Below are positions 25,917-39,788 of a stretch of DNA of 64,000 nt, in pieces (position 1 is the stretch's first letter; every line of letters begins with the position of its first letter). Location: assembly GCA_951406725.2 (NCBI GenBank), contig OX597819.1, positions 128,712,001 to 128,776,000 of the forward strand, given 5' to 3'. The DNA is from Octopus vulgaris (lineage: Eukaryota). A model generated the notes under the pieces. The model saw only the letters and a program-made list of their open reading frames with translations, was not told the origin of the DNA and did no database searches. A program made the translations under genes and the position numbers.

Positions 25917-26399
25917 ACACACACACACTCACACATATATATTTAGGCATACCTAACCCTACTTCGTTAATTGGTTCCAGGAGACACGACTTAAGTCGAA
26001 TTAACTTGTCTCCCTGCTAGGCTAGGCCGAATTTATTTGCCTCTAGGCTAAATCGATAATAACCATTCCCAGTTCTGTATTTTATTTATGAATGAATTTT
26101 CAATAATACATGTTTAATAAAAAACCTATTTTAAGCTTACAAACAAATTATTTTTATTTTTTAATACAGTACAGTAAAAAAAAAAAAAAGCAATCTAAAT
26201 TTACGAATATAATTTGACGGTGTTTATCGTACATCGTGTACGCTTTATGAATGTGGTTTTCAAGACATGGTAAAATAAAATCCTTTTTTAAGCTTAAAAA
26301 ACAGATTCAATAATAATATAATTATTATTATTTTGTAATAAAGAAAGCTCAATTATTTTAAACTTACCAATACGTACATACCATTTGGTGGCCTACATC

Positions 26400-28029
26400 G
26401 CGGATGTAGATGGCTGTGGATCGTCAACGTCAACAGCTGACTCTGACTGTTCTTGCTATTCGATGCGCTTCTTCTTTTCCTCAAGGATTATATTATAAGG
26501 AGAAAAAGCTTTGTGACAAGCTCCCGGTGATTTTGGAAAAGCGCTGAGCATTTGGATCCATATCCTCTAACATAGAAATATCTTTTTCGATATATGCAAA
26601 TGCTCGCTGCGTTTTCTTAATGGTAAAGTGACGTGGCTCAGGTTCGACTTCCTCTTCTTTATTTTGCTGCTCGTGAAGATCTATCAAATCCTCGTTCGTC
26701 AGGGGTTGCTTGTATTTTTCAAAGAAATCCGTGAAATCCTCCACCTCCAAATCCATTTCCAGTTCTTCGCTCGTAGTCACCAACGTTTTGTTGATGACAA
26801 CATTATCATAACCCTTAAAATCATTCACGAATTTCTGGCATATCTTCCCCATACACCATTGATAGCCGCGCTCTGTACGTCATTCCATGCCGCTGCAATG
26901 TTCTGTACAGCTTTGTAAATATCCTACCTTTTCTAAAAGTCACGAAGTGTGATGGACTCATCAAGATCTGTTGCAGCTGTTGCTTGCCGCACCGTACGCT
27001 TCATATAGTAACGCAATTATTCCCTTATCCATTGACTGCAGAAGAGACGTGGTGTTCAGAGGGAGGTATATGACGGTAACTTTGGGGTCAAAATCTACGA
27101 TGTATTGCGGGTGACCAGGAGCATTATCTAAGATAAGTAAAGCCTTAAAAAGAATCCCCTTCTTATAGTACTTCTCTGCTGCTGGGATAAAATGATTGAA
27201 GAGCCAATCTTCAAAAACAACAACAGTACCCCATGCTTTTGAATTAGCAATCCCTATAACAGGGAGAGATACCTTTGGTATGTACTTCAGAGCACGGGGG
27301 TTGTGTGCATGATACACAAGCAATGGCTTTAACTTAAAATCTTTTGCACAATTACCTCCCAACATAATGGTCACACGTTCTTTCGAGACCTTGTAGCCTG
27401 GAATAGTTTTCTCCTTGGAAATGAATGAACAGTCTGGCAATTTTTTCAAATACTATCAAGTTTCGTCTACGTTAAAAATCTGTTCGAGAAGGAACCTGTT
27501 TTCTTCGATGATTTTCTTTAATGCATTAGGAAACCCCGCTGCTGTTTGTTCGTCAGCTGAAGCACTTCCACCTTGCTTCTTAATGGAATGATAACTTCTT
27601 CGCTCCTTAAATCTTATGAACCACCCTTGACATGCCTTGAACTCTACATCTTTCTCATCTGGATATTTTTTCTTCAGGTCCTCAAACAAAGACAACACTT
27701 TCTCTTGAATGATTTCTTGACTAATAGTAGCACACTAACGATTCAACCTAACAATTCAAGGCGAAAGAAGACTTTCCATTTCTTCAAAGATTTTGCCTCT
27801 TTTCTTATTGATGATAATGTTCTTCATCTCTCGGCTTTCAGATTTGATATGTGCTAAAATCATGTCCTTATTATGTACAATCGTTTATCGTCTGACTCAT
27901 CTCAAACGATCGTGCATGTTTGCTACAACTTTTTTCACCTTTTTCATGGCGTTTAGTCATAGACAGTAAATCTTCCAGCATTATAGCACGACGCTTAGCA
28001 CTTTCATTATGGATTTTCCTAGGAGACAT
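26400..28029 (-). pseudogene. Tigger/pogo-family (CENP-B-like HTH + DDE) transposase pseudogene
   Basis: Start MSPRKIHNESAKRRAIMLED; ORF pieces FKACQGWFIRFKER, QIFNVDET, KERVTIMLGGNC..DFKLKPLLVY, ALLILDNAPGHP, YLPLNTTSLLQSMDKGII; multiple stops and frameshifts; possible TIR taggcatacc at ~25944. Confidence 0.9.
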
Positions 28030-28199
28030 GGGGGGGGGGAAATAAAGTTACAAATGATTGAGAATGAGAAAGTAGCCGATAAATAGACGTAAACAAATCT
28101 GAATTCAAAACAATCGCTGGAATCACTAATGACAACGACGTCTGGACTTGGTTACGTGGATTGTTGTTGCGTATCAAATGTAGGGGAACATACTTAAAG

Positions 28200-29010
28200 G
28201 GATGATTTCAGTAACCCATCTGTTTCTGGATGGTCACAGATGAAGAATCATATGTGTTGTTAGCGATATTTAGCATAAAATTATCAGAGCTTCGAACAGT
28301 CAGCTGACTTGAAGTGCCATAAGGTCTGAGAGGTGCGAGGCAATGTGTTGTGTGCAGATGTGTGGTGGGTACACGGAGTAAGTCAGACGACATGACAGTT
28401 GTTGTAGAGACGATGATGGCTCGGGGAAGGTTGGGTTTTGAGATGGCAATGAGATTAAGGGTGTTTAGGGTGTATGTGTCAGTCAGGGATGCATGCTCAA
28501 ACTAACTAATGTTGAGCGCTGGGATTTGAGAAATATTCGGTTTCTGCAAATGTCGTCCAAATTGTTAATAAGCTATGAAGAAAGAAGGGCGTGTTCATTA
28601 TTAAGTAGCAACTAAATTATGAAGATTTTCTCCCTGTCTTCAGTGAAACAGTAGAAATAAAACTGGATCAACATGTTCAGCTACATTTATCTGTCATGTA
28701 GTGGTTGTGGTGTTAAACCAATTGGAATATTCTGTACCTTCGGAAGGAAAGAACGATTGCACTCATGAGTCAAAGCATCTGAAAATCATGTTAAATTCCT
28801 CAACTGCAAAATCTTTATACGCGACTTGATGGGAATGAAGATTTGAATGAGACAAAGTTATTAAGTATGAATGAAATTAGAGGAATCTGAGAATTACTTT
28901 GTGAATTTTTCGCAAATGTCAGTTCCTGACCCTTCAAGTCGTTGTGAAGCTGAAATTTTTGTATCACAAATAAATTACTTTTCTTGTGATGTTGAATGTT
29001 CGGAATCATG
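28200..29010 (-). pseudogene. Possible highly decayed Penelope-like RT remnant
   Basis: Only weak fragments, e.g. LISFILNNFVSF resembling the L..IL.NN.F.F motif; non-repetitive composition. Confidence 0.25.
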
Positions 29011-29099
29011 TCTCAGGCAGGAGAAACACTAGCGAAACAATGTAGAGCTTCTTTGTGGCACTGTATACTGCAGTTTTATTACTGAATTTGCGCCTGTAA

Positions 29100-29790
29100 T
29101 AAATTAATCATCGTGCGAATGATTATGAAAGGGTAATAACATCAGCGAAAGAATTAGCAATAGAATTAGGTGAATATTTTTTAAAGGAAAAGAGTACGCC
29201 GCAAGCAAAAATACTGTTTCAATATGAATGCCTTGACGCGGTTCCCGATACAGATGACCCACAAAACCACGTATTCAATGCAAAAGTTGACAATGCTGTT
29301 AAGTTTTTGACAGAGAGATTCGAAATACAAAGTTTCAATAACACATGGAGATATTTAAATAACATTAGATATTTGCCAGATAAAAATAAAATGAGACTAG
29401 CGTGTCAAGGTTAAGAGGATAAGTTTTAGTGTACCGAGAAAATGATCTGTTGGCTGAAATAAATATTTCAAAAGAATTATTTCCTGAAGATGTAAAGCTT
29501 CCGATAGAAGCCATTAGACTCGTCAACAGTTATAACAGGAAGTTATACTAAATCTGTGAGCTGCATTAAGAATAATGTTTACGATGCATATAAACTGTGT
29601 CCGCAAGGGTGAGAAGATGTAGTAAACTAAAATTTACAAAGACTTATTTAAGGTTGTCGAAGACAAGACATAAAATCCTCTGGCAATTTCATGTATAGGA
29701 TATGATTTTTTTAAACAAAAGATAGACATAGAAATTGCTATGAAAACATTTGTAGATTTAACTCGAGAAAAATATTTTAGTTAGGATAAT
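29100..29790 (+). pseudogene. hAT transposase C-terminal (dimerisation domain) remnant
   Basis: Fragments AKELAIELG..., LFQYE, LTERFE, NL*AALRIMFT, SKLKFTKTYLR match the hAT NL..ALRI.LT...ERSFSKLKLIKTYLRS motif. Confidence 0.7.
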
Positions 29791-29979
29791 GTATACTTTG
29801 GAGCAACTGTTCTTTGGTTCATATTTTTTATATTAGAAGAAAGTTCGTTACATTTTTAAAAGGTCAACAGAATCCTTCCAAATGTTTTCACATACAGCCA
29901 TCCTTTAGTCAGTGTTTGTGGTAAAAGTGTTGAAATCATTGCCAGTAATGTAGATATTATGTTTGTGTGTGCGTGAGCG

Positions 29980-30010
<31 letters not shown>

Positions 30011-30229
30011 TGTATGTATGTATGTATGTATGTATGTATGTATGTATGTATGTATATGACACACACACACACACATACACGCACACACACATCTGTTTCC
30101 CTCTGATTTTTAACGCTGTGTTTTCACATAATAAACGCAAGCTACATTTACAGTTTTTAACTCTTTGCGGAAATTTTCAAAAATAATACTTGTAACAATA
30201 GCGAAATTCAGATATCCCAGGATATGTGA

Positions 30230-32055
30230 CACCCTTGGGACGGCTCGGCATGCATGGAGTGCTTAATGTCAGTGTGACAACATTAATCTTTTAAAACCGC
30301 TAGGCTTTGCCAACAATACCTCAGGGAATCGAAAGATGTATTAAACAAAATTGGTTTCGAAATCTGTTATTCGTATTGCAAAGAGTGACTTTACTGTAAT
30401 ATTATATGCATTCTGAAATGTTCAAAACCAAGCAGCTACCATCTATCATAGTGTTTGTTGAAACTATAAGAAATAGCAGTCAAATCTCCCAGATATCACA
30501 ACCTATTGTCTTAAAGAAGGAATTGAAACCGGGTAAATAGGGCCCATATACAAAACGATCAGATAGTCTAGATCTGCACAAGCAGGGCTGACCTGGTGCT
30601 AAGCAGTAGTAGTATAAATGCATATACATACATACATACATACATACATACATACATACATACATACATGTACAAGCACAAACATACACACATACATGTT
30701 CCAAGGAGCGGTGTACTTGTTTTTATTTTGGCACTAAATCCAATGATTCTGTGTTTGTTTCTACATCAAGAGACACTAATCTTTATATATAAAACTGAAG
30801 TTGTGTGTGTGTCTGTCTACTCCGATTTAGATTCCTAACTACTCCCACATTTTGCGGTGCAGTTTAACCAAAAGTGGGTATCTTATAGTCGTGATTCATA
30901 TCGAGCCCTTCTGGGTATTAGCGCGCGTCTACGATGAGTCTACGATTAAAAAAAAAAAATTACCATCATTTTTCCGCATTTTTAATGCATTTTTTGCTCG
31001 GTTTATATAAGGGAAGTAACTCTCTAAAATGCTTATATAGTTGTTTCCCTTACAAACCCGAGCAACGCCGGGCGATACTGCTAGTGTAACATAATTTCTT
31101 TCTGGATGATCTATAAATCTATACTGGAAATAGTTACAACGATAAGAAACAACCAGACTTATTAAGAGCATTTTCTGTTGATAACGAGATGGAATTTGGT
31201 GAAAAGAAATGTTCATATTTTATTGTTGAACATCTCTCCCCCAAACTCAAAATATTTATAGCAATAGTCCATCTCCCTTGTTTTACAAATTTAGCGACAC
31301 TAATGCCTAGGTATCGATGCAAATATATCATAAATAGGTGACGTGAACATAGAGTGACCGAAGAATACATTGAAAAAAAAAAAGAGCTTTCCTCTTATAA
31401 CAAAACAATATACAGCAAGCACCAGCATTTGAAATACTTGACTGGCTTGTAGAAGAAATGCACTCCATACATACTAAAAACTATAATACTGTGACATCAA
31501 TTGAAAGCATTTCTTCGGGTACAGGGATACCTACAGGTTCTACTGAAGAAAAAAAAAATGATAGGAAAAGTGGCTTAAGACCAATCAGACAACTTTGAGC
31601 ATTTTATGGTATTATCCAGGCAACAAGTGCTAAACAATAGCCGTAAAAATAATATGTCATTCAAGTACAAAATGAAACGAACAACTTACATGTCGGAAGT
31701 AAACTCAGTTGCTGAGATATTCCTTACAACCCCAGAAGCGTCTCGTTAACGTGCCTTAAGAAAGATATCTATGATCAACAATCTGTATATACAAAATGTG
31801 ATTAATGGGTATGTTGCTTAAAAACTCGAGGATGATGGCAACTTTGATAGGAAGAGTAAGCTGTTTTGGATTTTGTCGAATGTAACGCAGAAAAGGAGAT
31901 AAACGCAATATATGTACTGAAAAAACAAAAAAAAAAGGGAAAGAATCATGTCGATTGTGTCACACTTCTGTGGAAGATATTACACGAGTCATCACGAGCA
32001 GTTACCCTGAAATATCATCAAGATACTGCGTTCCAGTACATCAAATGTGGTTACT
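30230..32055 (+). pseudogene. R4/Dong-like LINE RT and zinc-knuckle remnant, interrupted by a microsatellite and a Helitron
   Basis: FQG...FILALNP (~30700-30745), HNFFLDDL*IY (~31090), AFSVDNEMEFGEKKC (~31170), LGID (~31310), SCRLCHTSVEDIT (~31945). Confidence 0.75.
30780..31084 (+). mobile_element. Complete non-autonomous Helitron
   Basis: 5' TC (A|TCTTTATATATAAAA), 3' hairpin cccgagcaacgccggg (31057-31072) then CTAG|T; A/T insertion site with no TSD. Confidence 0.85.
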
Positions 32056-32151
32056 AAATATAAATATATATATATATATATATGTAGGTCCCGGGTTGAT
32101 TCGGGGTTAACCACAGTAAGTAAGGTACTCAATACATAGCAGAGTAAAATT

Positions 32152-32285
32152 AATTTATTATATAGAAGGAGCTTCTACAGGACTAGTACTGTTTCATTCA
32201 AGAGAAATCTTCAGGAAGCTTCCTGAAGATTTCTCTTGAATGAAACAGTACTAGTCCTGTAGAAGCTCCTTCTATATAATAAATT
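32152..32285. repeat. Perfect 134-bp palindrome carrying a hammerhead-like motif on each strand
   Basis: Centre AG|CT at 32218/32219; right arm CTGAAGA-t ttc tctt gaa t-GAAA-cagtacta-GTC (32223-32256); flanked by (TA)n. Confidence 0.9.
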
Positions 32286-32290
32286 TAAAA

Positions 32291-32328
<38 letters not shown>

Positions 32329-32710
32329 TAAATAAAATAAAACATATGCATATATATAAACATATATGTACGTACCTACCTCTACATGTACATATACACG
32401 CATATATGAGTACAGGACACCAAAAGGACGTCGAACACAATGAGAAACGAAAACATAGACACAAACCAAAGAAACTGGACATTTTTTTAAAAACAGCAAA
32501 AAAATAGGGTACAGGACAATTAACACAAAGAAAAAACCCTTTCTTCAGTCGCTATGGTTTCATCTACTCTACGTTTCGAAGGATAAAAGCGAGACGTATC
32601 TTCGACAAGAAACTTTCTTTCCTGCGAAAAGCAAATCAATTAAAATTCTGAGATCTTTTCGCAGAGGGGTAAAAAATGGTAACAAAAACAGGACAGTGTG
32701 TGTATATGTG

Positions 32711-33015
32711 TGGAGGTGCAATGGCCCAGTGGTTGGGGCAGCGGACTCGCGGTCGTAGGATCGCGGTTTCGATTCCCAGACCGGGCGTTGTGAGTGTTTA
32801 TTGAGCGAAAACACCTAAAAGCTCCACGATGTTCTGGAAAGGGGTGGTGATCCCTGCTGTACTCTTTCACCACTCTTTATCACACTCTTTCTTCTGTTGG
32901 CCTGCTCGCTTAGCCGGCGGGGTGGCGTCATTCGAAGGCTAAAACAATGCGAACGCATTGTGACCAGCGATGTGTAACTACATCTGATGGACTGGTCGGT
33001 CACGTGATCACGTGA
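32711..33015 (+). mobile_element. SINE family B (tRNA-Arg-like head)
   Basis: ggaggtgcaatggcccagtggttggggcagcggactcgcggtcgtaggatcgcggtttcgattccc head; tail cacgtgatcacgtgat. Confidence 0.82.
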
Positions 33016-33261
33016 TATGTATATGTATAATCTCATCCATAGGAAAGACTAGCCTCGAATAAAAATAGAATATATCACGAAGGATAGCAATGGAACGAAT
33101 TTTTCCAACAAGTGTAAGCATAACATTTGATATGAGTGTTTACGATGGAAACAAAATATCAGGTATCTTGCAAATGGAAACAACTTTTGAAAATGAAGAA
33201 AATATACACGGACAACTGCTTTCAGTATTTCGTTCTATATTGTACCTATATATTTCGAACT

Positions 33262-33620
33262 GGAGGCGCAATGGCCCAGTGGTTAGGGCAGCGGTCTCGC
33301 GGTCATAGGATCGCGGTTTCGGGGTGAGCGAAAACACCTAAAAGCTCCACGAGGCTCCAGCAGGGGATGGTGGTGATCCCTGCTGTACTCTTTCACCACA
33401 ACTTTCTCTCACTCTTACTTCCTGTTTCTGTTGTACCTGTATTTCAAAGGGCCGGCCTTGTCACTCTCTGTGTCACGCTGAATATCCCCGAGAACTACGT
33501 TAAGGGTGCACGTGTCTGTGGAGTGCTCAGCCACTTACACGTAAATTTCACGAGCAGGCTGTTCCGTTGATTCGGATCAACCGGAACCCTCGTCGTCGTA
33601 ACCGACGGAGTGCTTCCACA
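33262..33620 (+). mobile_element. SINE family B, different 3' body
   Basis: Same head and gagcgaaaacacctaaaagctccacg segment; flanked by a near-direct repeat tatatttcgaact (33249-33261, 33621-33633), a likely TSD. Confidence 0.82.
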
Positions 33621-33804
33621 TATATTTCGAACTACTATTATCTGTGCTCTAGGTTTTCTGCACCAGATACAGGTTCAAATATTTCTCAAAGAAATTTGAA
33701 CATTTGAATTTGTCAATGGTTAGTTTTCTTTCCATCACGGCTTCGCAGACCGACTCACAAATTTGTTCTGGTCAGGCGCCCAGTACGAGTTGTCAGTAGG
33801 TACT

Positions 33805-34235
33805 ATTGATTTCAAATTTTGGCCCAAGGCCAGTAATTTCAGAGGAGGGGATAAGTCGATTACATCGACCCCCGTGTTCAACAGGTACTTATTTTATCGA
33901 CCCAGAAAGGATGAAAGGCAAAGTCTATCTCGGCAGAATGTGAACTCAGGATGTAAATTCAGGAGAAATGCTGCTAAGCAGTTTTTCTTGCCTGGAAACG
34001 ATTCTCCTGGTTCGCAGACATTTTTCGGCAAGTAATATTGGTTTCAAATTTTGGTACAAAATTTTGGGGTAGAGGGTAAGTCGATTACTTGGGCCCCGGT
34101 GCTCAACTGGTACCTATTTTATATATCGACTCTGGAAAGTCGACCGCCGGACATTTGAACACAGAACACAAAGACAGGCGAAATGCCGCTAACCAGTTTG
34201 CCCAGCATGATAACGATTCTTCTAAGTCACCGCCT
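33805..34235 (-). mobile_element. Two adjacent SINE family C copies
   Basis: Both start with ttcaaattttgg and include gtcgattac...ggtac(t/c)tatttt. Confidence 0.7.
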
Positions 34236-34618
34236 GATTTATTTACTCATTTATTTATTTATTTTCTGTAAGTGATATTGACAGATTAACAGTAAAAGAA
34301 GCAAAGCTTTCTAGTCAGATCAGAGTTGCTTCTCTTGGTATCTGCTGCTGAAGAGAACTAAAGAGTTCAAGTGCATCCATCAGTCAAACAGAGGGCGCTC
34401 TGAACTGACCACGGCGTTCTAATACCTTTTTGTTTTAATAAAGAGTATTTTTTTCGTCGATGAACTGCAATAAAATTCCTTTACAAGTTCAAATAGCTTT
34501 CAGATTTGAACTGGTCTTTAGAAAATAAATGCTACACACATACACACAAAAACACACACACACAAATACACACACACACACATAAACACACACACATATA
34601 TATTCACACGCATAAGTA

Positions 34619-34655
<37 letters not shown>

Positions 34656-35051
34656 AATAATGTATAAATATATACATACATATATGTACATACTTACAAT
34701 GAGAAACGAAAACAAAAACAAAAACAAAAACATAGAAACGAACTTTTTTTTCAAACAACGAAAAAAAAAACTAGACATACAACACAAGGAATATTCCCCT
34801 TCTTCAGTTGTCCTTGTTTCAACTACTTCGCGTTACGAAGGTAAGGACAAGACGCGACTTCTTTGAAACAGTCTTTCCCGCAAAGCAAATTAAATAAAAT
34901 TGGGGATTTTTTGCGGAGGGTAAAAGTGGTAACAAGAACAGGACAGTAAGAACAAAACAGCAAAAAAAAATAAAAAAGTAAAAACAGTAAAAGACAGAAC
35001 AATATATATATACATGTACATATGCATGTATATATATATAAATACATATAC

Positions 35052-35082
<31 letters not shown>

Positions 35083-35143
35083 TGTGTGTATGTATGTGTG
35101 TGTGTATGTATGTATGTATATATACATACATATGTATATGTAA

Positions 35144-35389
35144 TCCCTATATATATAAAACTGAGAATGTGTGTCTGTCTGTCTGTGTGTTTCCCTAAAA
35201 CTTGAGAACTACACAACCAATTTCATTCAAGTTTTACACATGTCTTACTTAGGGTCTATGTAGTGTCATGGGCAAAAACAAATGTTTAACTTCTTGCCTA
35301 GGGCGAGCCCACAGCAATATCACATCTCCACTATTTCAGTATTACGTGTTAAAAGTGAAACAAAAACGTTTCTCTATTTTATGTATATG

Positions 35390-35451
<62 letters not shown>

Positions 35452-36572
35452 TGTATATATATAGATGTATATGTAAACATGTATGTCTAGATGTATATAT
35501 AGATGTACATGTAGCATGTACACATATATATACTTATATATACATGCATACATATATATACCCATACACACACGCACACACCGATCCACCGACACACACA
35601 CACATGCACACACACATAGGTGCAGGTGTGGCTGTGTGGTAACAAACTTGGTTCCAAAACACATGGTCCTCAGTTCAGTCCCACTGTGTGGTAATTTGGC
35701 ACGTGTCTTCTGCTATAGCCTCAGAACAACCAAAGCCTTGTCAGTGGATTTTGTTGACAGAAACTGAAAGAAATCAATTGTATGTATATGTATGAATATA
35801 TGTAAGTCTATGTGTGTGTCTTTGTGTTTCTCCCTCATCACTGCCTCACCACTGGTGTTCGTTTATTTACATCCCAATAACTTACTGGTTTCACAAGAAG
35901 AAACTGATAGAATAAGTACCAGGCTTATCAAAATATAAAAAGGCACTATGCAGTGTCTCACATTTTTGTTTGCTCACTCAGTTGTATCTATCCAGTTATC
36001 ATTGTGTGTATGTGTGTGTGTGTGTGTGTGTATGTGTGTGTGTGTGTGTGCATATATATAGTTGGTGAACCGGTACTTCAAGTAACGACTAGGATAAGGT
36101 AACTTGCTTATTGTGATCATTAATCTTTTGGTTTCCTGTAGCTTTGCTCTCTTTTACAAACCCAGTGAACATATATTTCCTATTTCAAAGAAATTCAAAC
36201 AATAGAAATAATACCCAAGTGAAAAAGATTTTCAACAATCCAACTTCTCTGGTTGACATTAAGATGCCCACCCTCAACAGGGGCCTTAACCCTCATATTT
36301 TAGAGCTCCATGACCTTCATTTTTTAGGAGCAAAATCCTTTTAACAGGTTCAATAAGACTGGAATTTTGGAATATGCACATAAAAATCAGAAGTATGGGA
36401 TACATGTGGCACGATTACAAATTTTTTAGGGTGTGTAAAGAGGGAAATAACTTTCATCTGCAATTTTGATGAAATTCGAAACATAGATATTCCAGTTCAT
36501 TGCAAAAAATATAATAGAAAAGTCTAATTCTTCAATTGAATGTAACCGGGCAACGCCGGGTATCTCTGCTAG
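35144..36572 (+). mobile_element. Non-autonomous Helitron with nested SINE A (35617-35930) and microsatellites
   Basis: 5' A|TCCCTATATATATAAAACTG, 3' ccgggcaacgccgg hairpin then CTAG|T; termini resemble 30780-31084. Confidence 0.75.
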
Positions 36573-36877
36573 TTATATATATATACATATATATACATAA
36601 ATACATATGTATATGTATATATAAAACAGTACTGGGAGAATAAAGAACGGAACGAAGCGAACGAATCGAATCGAATCCGACGCGAGGGCGCTGTCAAACA
36701 ATAGTGTAATAAATAAAATATATGCATACATACAAACATATATGTACGTACCTACATCTACATGTATATATACGTGCATATATAAATATATATACGTGAG
36801 TACAGGACACCACAACTAGACGTAGAACTCAACGAGAAACGAAAACGGAAAAACCATTTTTTTTACAACGTATATAC

Positions 36878-36911
<34 letters not shown>

Positions 36912-36914
36912 ATA

Positions 36915-37102
36915 CCGTTGGCGATTTTTTTCCTCTGTCTTCCCTTCTCTGGATCTTTCCTTCTCCTATGTTTCCGACGAAGAGCTCCGCACAAAACGTT
37001 AACCCCCCCTTCTTTCCTTCTTTCCTGAGCGTCCAATAATACTATATTTGTTCCACGTCCTCGCGTTGTTGTATTTTTTGTGCTTTCATGTTTGGATTAA
37101 CA

Positions 37103-37105
<3 letters not shown>
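36915..37105 (+). mobile_element. Penelope-pLTR-like element with decayed minimal hammerhead (36970-37004)
   Basis: gttt-CCGACGA-a-gagc tcc gcac-AAAA-CGTT-aacc; homologous to 43882-44070; ends in (TA)n. Confidence 0.6.
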
Positions 37106-37156
<51 letters not shown>

Positions 37157-37363
37157 GCATATGCGTATTTATCCACAAGTTTTATTATTCTCTCTGTTTA
37201 TTTTCTCTTATTCCTTTCTGTTGAAAAGCGTCGTCTCAAAGCGCAAAAGACGTTCTCTCTTTCCTGAGCGTCAAACTAATACACCTGCTTGTTCTTCATA
37301 AATCTGTCTTCGTCTTTTGTTTTTCTGTAAATGTCAACTATATATACGCATACATATGTATAT

Positions 37364-37396
<33 letters not shown>

Positions 37397-37522
37397 GCAC
37401 ACACACGCATACATAAATTTTATTTTTAATGTAGAGAATGTAAAACTCTCTCTCATTAATTTCTCTTTAACATAGATGCTATATGTGTGCATGTATGAAA
37501 ATACAAAGACACACAGACAGAG

Positions 37523-37524
<2 letters not shown>

Positions 37525-37589
<65 letters not shown>

Positions 37590-37604
37590 CAGACAGATAG
37601 ATAA

Positions 37605-37642
<38 letters not shown>

Positions 37643-37643
37643 G

Positions 37644-37718
<75 letters not shown>

Positions 37719-37748
37719 TGATAGATAGATAGATAGATGGATAGATAA

Positions 37749-37779
<31 letters not shown>

Positions 37780-37780
37780 C
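37525..37780. repeat. (AGAT)n microsatellite
   Basis: Directly visible. Confidence 0.95.
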
Positions 37781-37994
37781 ACAGACAAACAAACATGTAG
37801 ATAGATAGAGAGATATTTTTTGGAACAGAAAAGTGAGTATACGCATGGCTTTCTGATGATCGTTTACGCGAAACTGAGGAACAGTTTATGAAATATTTTC
37901 ATCCTCAATGAAATCGTATTTTACTCTACCTTCGATTTTTGAGTACTATTTTTTCTTTTTTATCTTGCACCTATATGCTCACATATATGCATGT

Positions 37995-38884
37995 ACATAC
38001 ATACATACATACATACATACACGCATACACAAATACATACATACATACATACATACATACATACACACATACACAAATACATACATACATACATACACAC
38101 ACACACTCATACATACATACATACATACATACATACATACATACATACATACACATACATACATACATACATACATACATACATACATACATACATACAT
38201 ACATACATACATACATACATACATACATACATACATACATACATACATACATACATACATACATACATACATACACACACATACATACATACATGCATGC
38301 ATACATACATACATACATACATACATACATACATACATACATACATACATTCATACATACATACATACATACATACATACATACATACACACACATACAT
38401 ACATACACACACATACATACATACACACACACTCATACATACATACATATATACATACACATACATACATACATACATACACGTACATACATACATACAT
38501 ACAAACATACATACATACATACATACACACATACATACATACATACATACACACACACATACATACATATATACATACATACATGCATATATACATACGT
38601 ACACACATACATACATTCATACATACATACATACATACACACACACATACATACATACACACACATACATACATACATAAATACATACACATACATACAT
38701 ACATACATACACACACACACATACATATATACATACATACATACATACATACACACACATACATACATACATACACACACATACATACATACATACATAC
38801 ACATACATACATACATACATACATACACACACATACATACATACATACATACATACACACACACTCATACATACATACATACAT

Positions 38885-38915
<31 letters not shown>

Positions 38916-39016
38916 TATATACATACATACATACATACATACATACACATACATACATACATACATACATACATACACACATACATACATACATACATAC
39001 ATACATACATACATAC
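37995..39016. repeat. ~1-kb (ATAC)n array
   Basis: Directly visible. Confidence 0.95.
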
Positions 39017-39255
39017 TTCTGGACACGATTGTGGTTAGAAAAATACAAGGGAAAGAACAGTTTCCAAATCCAGAACATAATGTACACATTCAGCTTCGTA
39101 CCCATTATTATTGAAGCAACAGGGTACATACCAATTCGTCTGGAGGAACGTATGGCTGAACTTAGGATTTGTAGAGAGAATGCAGATCCTAAATTCATGT
39201 GCTACAAATGATCATGAAATATGGGACTATAAAAATGTGCAAGACCTTTAAGATT
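39017..39255 (+). pseudogene. RLE endonuclease C-terminus of an R4/Dong-like LINE
   Basis: EKY...YTFSFVPIIIEATGYIPIRLEERMAELRI and a shifted GTIKMCKTF resemble the KY..L...PIIIGA.G.IP..L...GT.KI motif. Confidence 0.65.
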
Positions 39256-39314
39256 TAAAGGATGATGGTTAAAAGAACCTTGCTACCAAGTAGGTAGCCG
39301 GTCAAAGTTTGCTC

Positions 39315-39788
39315 TACGCCGGGCGAAATGCTTAGCGGTATTTCGTCTGCGTTACGTTGTGAGTTTAAATTCCGCCGGCGAACTGGCAGAATCGTTAGCA
39401 CGCCGGACGAAATACTTAGCGGTATTTCGTCTGCGTTACGTTGTGAGTTCAAATTCCGCCGAGGTCGACTTTGCCTTTCATCCTTTCGGGGTCGATAAAT
39501 TAAGTACCAGTTACGCACTGGGGTCGATGTAATCGACTTAATACCTATGTCTGTCCTTGTTTGTTCCCTCTGTGTTTAGCCCCTTGTGGGTAATAAAGAA
39601 ATAGGTATTTCGTCTGCCGTTACGTTCTGAGTTCAAATTCCGCCGAGGTCGACTTTGCCTTTCATCCTTTCGTGGTCGATAAATAAAGTACTAGTTTCAC
39701 ACTGGGGGTCGATGTAATCGACTTAATCCCTTTGTCTGTCCTTGTTTGTCTCCTCTATGTTTAGCCCCTTCTGAACAGTAAAGAAATC
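39315..39788 (+). mobile_element. SINE family C with internal tandem duplications
   Basis: ggtatttcgtctgc..ttacgtt.tgagtt.aaattccgccg occurs three times (~39337, 39421, 39604). Confidence 0.8.

Noticed and set aside
32711-32785. tRNA-like sequences with A and B boxes (also 25810-25883, 46272, 55019, 57085-57148)
   Set aside because: No complete cloverleaf, and they continue into repeated bodies; SINE heads rather than tRNA genes.
37844-37890. CTGATGA-tcgtttacgc-GAAA-ctgaggaaca-GTT hammerhead-like words
   Set aside because: Stem III is plausible but stem I does not close and stem II has a basal mismatch; may be chance or a decayed copy.
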